Assembly: GCA_002269645.1 (NCBI GenBank)
Contig: NIVC01001998.1
Span: 67,769-131,768 of the forward strand
Direction of reading: 5' to 3'
DNA length: 64,000 nucleotides
Source of the DNA: Macrostomum lignano
Lineage: Eukaryota
Shown here piece by piece: positions 61,401-64,000 of this stretch. The translations under genes and the position numbers were made by a program. Under the pieces are notes generated by a model, which saw only the letters and a list, made by a program, of their open reading frames with translations, had not been told where the DNA came from and searched no databases. The number at the start of each line of letters is the position of its first letter. The first letter of the stretch is position 1.

Positions 61401-63972
61401 ACACGTGTCCGTGAACGAGTCGGCTCCGAACAACACCTTACTCGTCACTGTCAAGGCTACTGATGCCGACTTCCCGTCAGTCAATGGAATCATTTCCTAC
61501 AGTCTGCTTGAATCGAACTCGACGTCCGGACTGTTCAGCGTCGACTCATCGACCGGAGACGTCAGCTTAATCGGCGTGATCGACTTCGAGAAGGTCACGT
61601 CCTACACGGTGATCGTATTGGCCATCGACCACGCGGCTGCGCCTCGCACGGCTACAGCTCAGATCTTCGTACAGGTCTTGAATGAGGACGACACACCGCC
61701 TGAGTTCGTTCCCAACTCCTACTTCTTCTATGCACCTCAAAATGCGACAGTCGGATTCGCAGTCGGATCTGTGATTGCCGTTGATCCGACTATCCTAGTG
61801 CGAATCCTCAACCAGTCAGCTACTCTGCATCGGCATCGGATTTTCAACTCAACTCGACCACCGGAGCACTGACGGTTTCTTCGTCTTTGTCTGTCACAAA
61901 CTACTCTTCGACGCCATCTGCACCGACGCGTCAGCAATGACGGGCAATGCGACAGTCACTGTGTCAGTGATTCCATCGGATGTGTACTATGCGAAGGTAC
62001 CTCAGTTCTTGTCTACACCTCTTGTAGCATCAGTGTTGGAGAATCAAACGGCCTACGTGTTTGTGATCGACGTGAATGCCACCATCAACGGCGGAGCAGA
62101 AGACGCCGGCGTCTTATACAGATTGGACAGTGGAGCGACAATCTTTAATATCAGCAGTAGTTTGGTGAGTAGTTGAACAGTTTTTTTCCTGCTTATTCGA
62201 CAGTTAATAAAATGTCAATTTCGTTCTTTATAGGGGATTGTGGAAGCGAGACCAGAGACGCTTGACAGAGAAGTGAACACCGAGGTAACATTGATCGTAA
62301 TAGCCGTGAACACGGCCGAGCCGTCGTTCTCGTCGAGTCAGCCGATTCGAGTTCTGCTGCTCGACATCAACGACAATGCTCCTCGATTTGAGTTCAGTAG
62401 AGGCGAGGTACTTTTGTACGAGAATGCGACAGTTCGCCATGTTGTGACAGACCTTCAGGCCACCGACCCAGACACTTCCTCAACAAATGTAAGTCACATT
62501 CTAGCTGACTATTGAACGAAGTTAAATCGTTTTCAATAACCAAATTTTAGCTATTATATGTTGTCTTACACTCATTTCAGCTCACATACTCGATTGTGGG
62601 CGATAACTCTGGCGGAAAGTTCCGACTTCAGTCGATTGAGCCCAATGCGTCTCAGCTGATCCTTGACGCTGTAGTTGACTACGAGGCCATGTCTGCTTTG
62701 GGATACGCCTACTCTCTCACCGTATGTTGTCTGAATTGCTTGTGTTTTTTGTATGATTAGTTTAGTTTTGTACGCATTATACTCACTTTCAGATCGAAGT
62801 GAGTGACGGAAGTTTCAGCTCGAACTACTCGCTCATTGTTCGCATCGGAGACGTCAATGACAATCCGCCAGTGTTCAGTGCTCCGATGTACAACTTCTCT
62901 GTGGCGGAGCAGGCCGATGTGGGAACTCTGGTCGGTCGAGTCGTGGCCACAGACCCGGATACTGTGGATCTGAACAAGCTGGAGTACGCAGTAGTCGACA
63001 CTGGTAACTTCTCAATGAATGCTTCAACCGGAGTGATTTCGACACTGACAATATTCGACAGACTCATCACGAGTCGCTTTTCGTTCAACGTTACCTGCAC
63101 GGACACTGCTGGAAACATTGTATGTCATTGATTTTGTTACTGCTGCAGCTACTACGCATATTGTATGCTTGAAAGCGAACAATCAATTATACTATAAGTC
63201 TTGTTCCACGAATGCAGGGTTGGACGTCTGTCAATGTCGACGTACTCGACGTGAACAACTACAGTCCGAACATGACGAACCTACCCACATCATGGAACAT
63301 CACCGAGAACGCGACCAGCTTGATGCAGAGCTTCGTCATCCAGGTGGTCGATAACGACTCCGGTCAGAATGCGAACGTATCGCTGAGCATCGTGTCCGGT
63401 GACTCGGTCGGCTCGTTCGCCATCAACGGAAGTCGGTCGAAGTGACAAAAGTTCTGGACAGAGAGACTCCGGGTCTCACTGTGGACTCGTCCGGAAACGG
63501 TGTCATCAAGCTTGTCATGAGAGCTGCGGACAATGGAGTTCCACCTCGCAGCTCGACAGCCACTCTTACCGTGCTGTTGCAGGACATCAACGACTCGCCT
63601 CCGAGGTTCGCCATTCCTGCTGGTCGAGTACTGCAGCAGGCGGAGAGTCTGCCAGTGAGATCTACCATCGTCACGTTCGACATGCTCGATGCGGACTTGC
63701 CGTCATCGAATAACTTCACATTTAGCATCAGTTCGGCTTCTAATCCCAACGGTGAGCTGAAATTAATTCTGTTGTTATGTCAAGCTTACTGAAGCGTTAT
63801 GATTTTCCGCAACTAGTGTATGACTTAATGGTGAAACGTTTGTTCCGCAAACATTTCAGAGACTTTTGCAATTGATGGAAGCAACCTCGTTCTGAACAAA
63901 GCACTGAGCAGAGTCGCAATGCCCACTCACAACCTTACGATAGTTTGCTTTGATGGAGTTTTCAGTGTTTCT
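44271..63972 (+). CDS. Giant cadherin (at least 20 EC repeats in the window, continues beyond it), PCDH15/CDHR5-like N-terminus
   Basis: Signal exon 44271-44325 (MARWMLLTACLIASLIAS), then exons 44950-45326, 45405-45500, 45552-45848, 46072-46174, 46510-46628, 51243-51419, 53125-53253, 55563-55724, 56383-56724, 56992-57083, 57158-57242, 57346-57798, 57960-58463, 58979-59090, 59597-60034, 60122-60360, 60512-62164, 62234-62488, 62581-62721, 62793-63119, 63218-63751, 63860-63972. Repeated DxNDNxPxF, AxDxD and LDRE motifs. Four 1-bp deletions near 61403, 61788, 61908 and 63435 are probably sequence errors. Confidence 0.92.
44398..44808. repeat. 20-bp minisatellite (gggtcagttcttctgtcaca), ~20 copies, intron 1
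   Basis: Near-perfect array. Confidence 0.98.
46665..50342. repeat. AGCT-rich satellite (gagctatctagctact and variants), left arm
   Basis: Direct reading; contains an exact 660-bp internal duplication. Confidence 0.97.
50820..51201. repeat. Same satellite in inverted orientation (agtagctagatagctc), right arm
   Basis: Reverse complement of the left-arm units, including rare variants. Confidence 0.95.
51510..51645. repeat. 15-bp minisatellite (ttctatttccactg-like), intronic
   Basis: Direct reading. Confidence 0.9.
52270..53020. repeat. 10/20-bp minisatellite (atactcagtc/acactcagac) with a 180-bp higher-order period
   Basis: Sequence lines 52441/52621, 52501/52681 and 52561/52741 are identical. 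Confidence 0.95.
53290..53960. repeat. 20-bp minisatellite (agatgattcagtgatgatat), intronic
   Basis: Direct reading. Confidence 0.95.
54359..54372. promoter_or_regulatory. Perfect palindromic RFX X-box GTTGCCATGGCAAC
   Basis: Exact match to the canonical palindromic X-box, in a non-repetitive intronic island; function not shown. Confidence 0.5.
54736..55115. repeat. (TAGAA)76 perfect pentanucleotide microsatellite
   Basis: 380 bp without interruption. Confidence 0.98.
55331..55505. repeat. (AGAC)n microsatellite
   Basis: Direct reading. Confidence 0.97.
55975..56250. repeat. Degenerate 12-bp minisatellite (tgtacatcctgg)
   Basis: Direct reading. Confidence 0.85.
56752..56900. repeat. Degenerate 15-bp minisatellite (cctgattccccacac)
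   Basis: Direct reading. Confidence 0.8.
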
Positions 63973-64000
63973 GTAAGTTAGCATATCCGCAGAACTTTTG

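Noticed and set aside
61395-63445. Cadherin as a pseudogene or programmed frameshifting
   Set aside because: The four breaks are all single-base deletions, at least two in short homopolymers (GATCC[C]GAC, TC[T]TTC). Motifs are conserved on both sides and there are no nonsense codons, so long-read consensus error is most likely. Needs a read check.

Overview
Eukaryotic (invertebrate animal) genomic DNA with spliced genes, many 50-100 nt GT-AG introns and very dense intronic minisatellites. The style suggests a free-living flatworm such as Macrostomum, but this is an inference. Four host genes were reconstructed by hand from splice sites. (1) A 5'-partial + strand gene for a winged-helix plus nucleoside-phosphorylase-fold protein (876-8676). 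(2) A + strand secreted or GPI-type EGF+TSP1 protein (20317-25536). (3) A - strand CLCA-family protein of about 960 aa (26662-36601) whose HExxH protease motif is degenerate. (4) A 3'-partial + strand giant cadherin with at least 20 EC repeats and a PCDH15/CDHR5-like N-terminus (from 44271). Mobile DNA comprises a TIR-bounded CACTA/CMC-like element (10460-18356) with a LOA/R1-group LINE nested inside it (13220-18014), an intact Bel/Pao LTR retrotransposon (37325-43629) between the divergent CLCA and cadherin starts, a TA-flanked MITE, a CCAAT-rich dispersed repeat pair and a foldback-like inverted satellite in a cadherin intron. Most long ORFs in the supplied track are artefacts of tandem repeats. 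The best leads are the apparently catalytically dead CLCA that also lacks its self-cleavage loop but carries a furin-like insert, the tip-link-type giant cadherin with a perfect intronic RFX X-box, and a two-state minisatellite that looks like a record of CpG deamination. Family alignments are from memory and need database confirmation.
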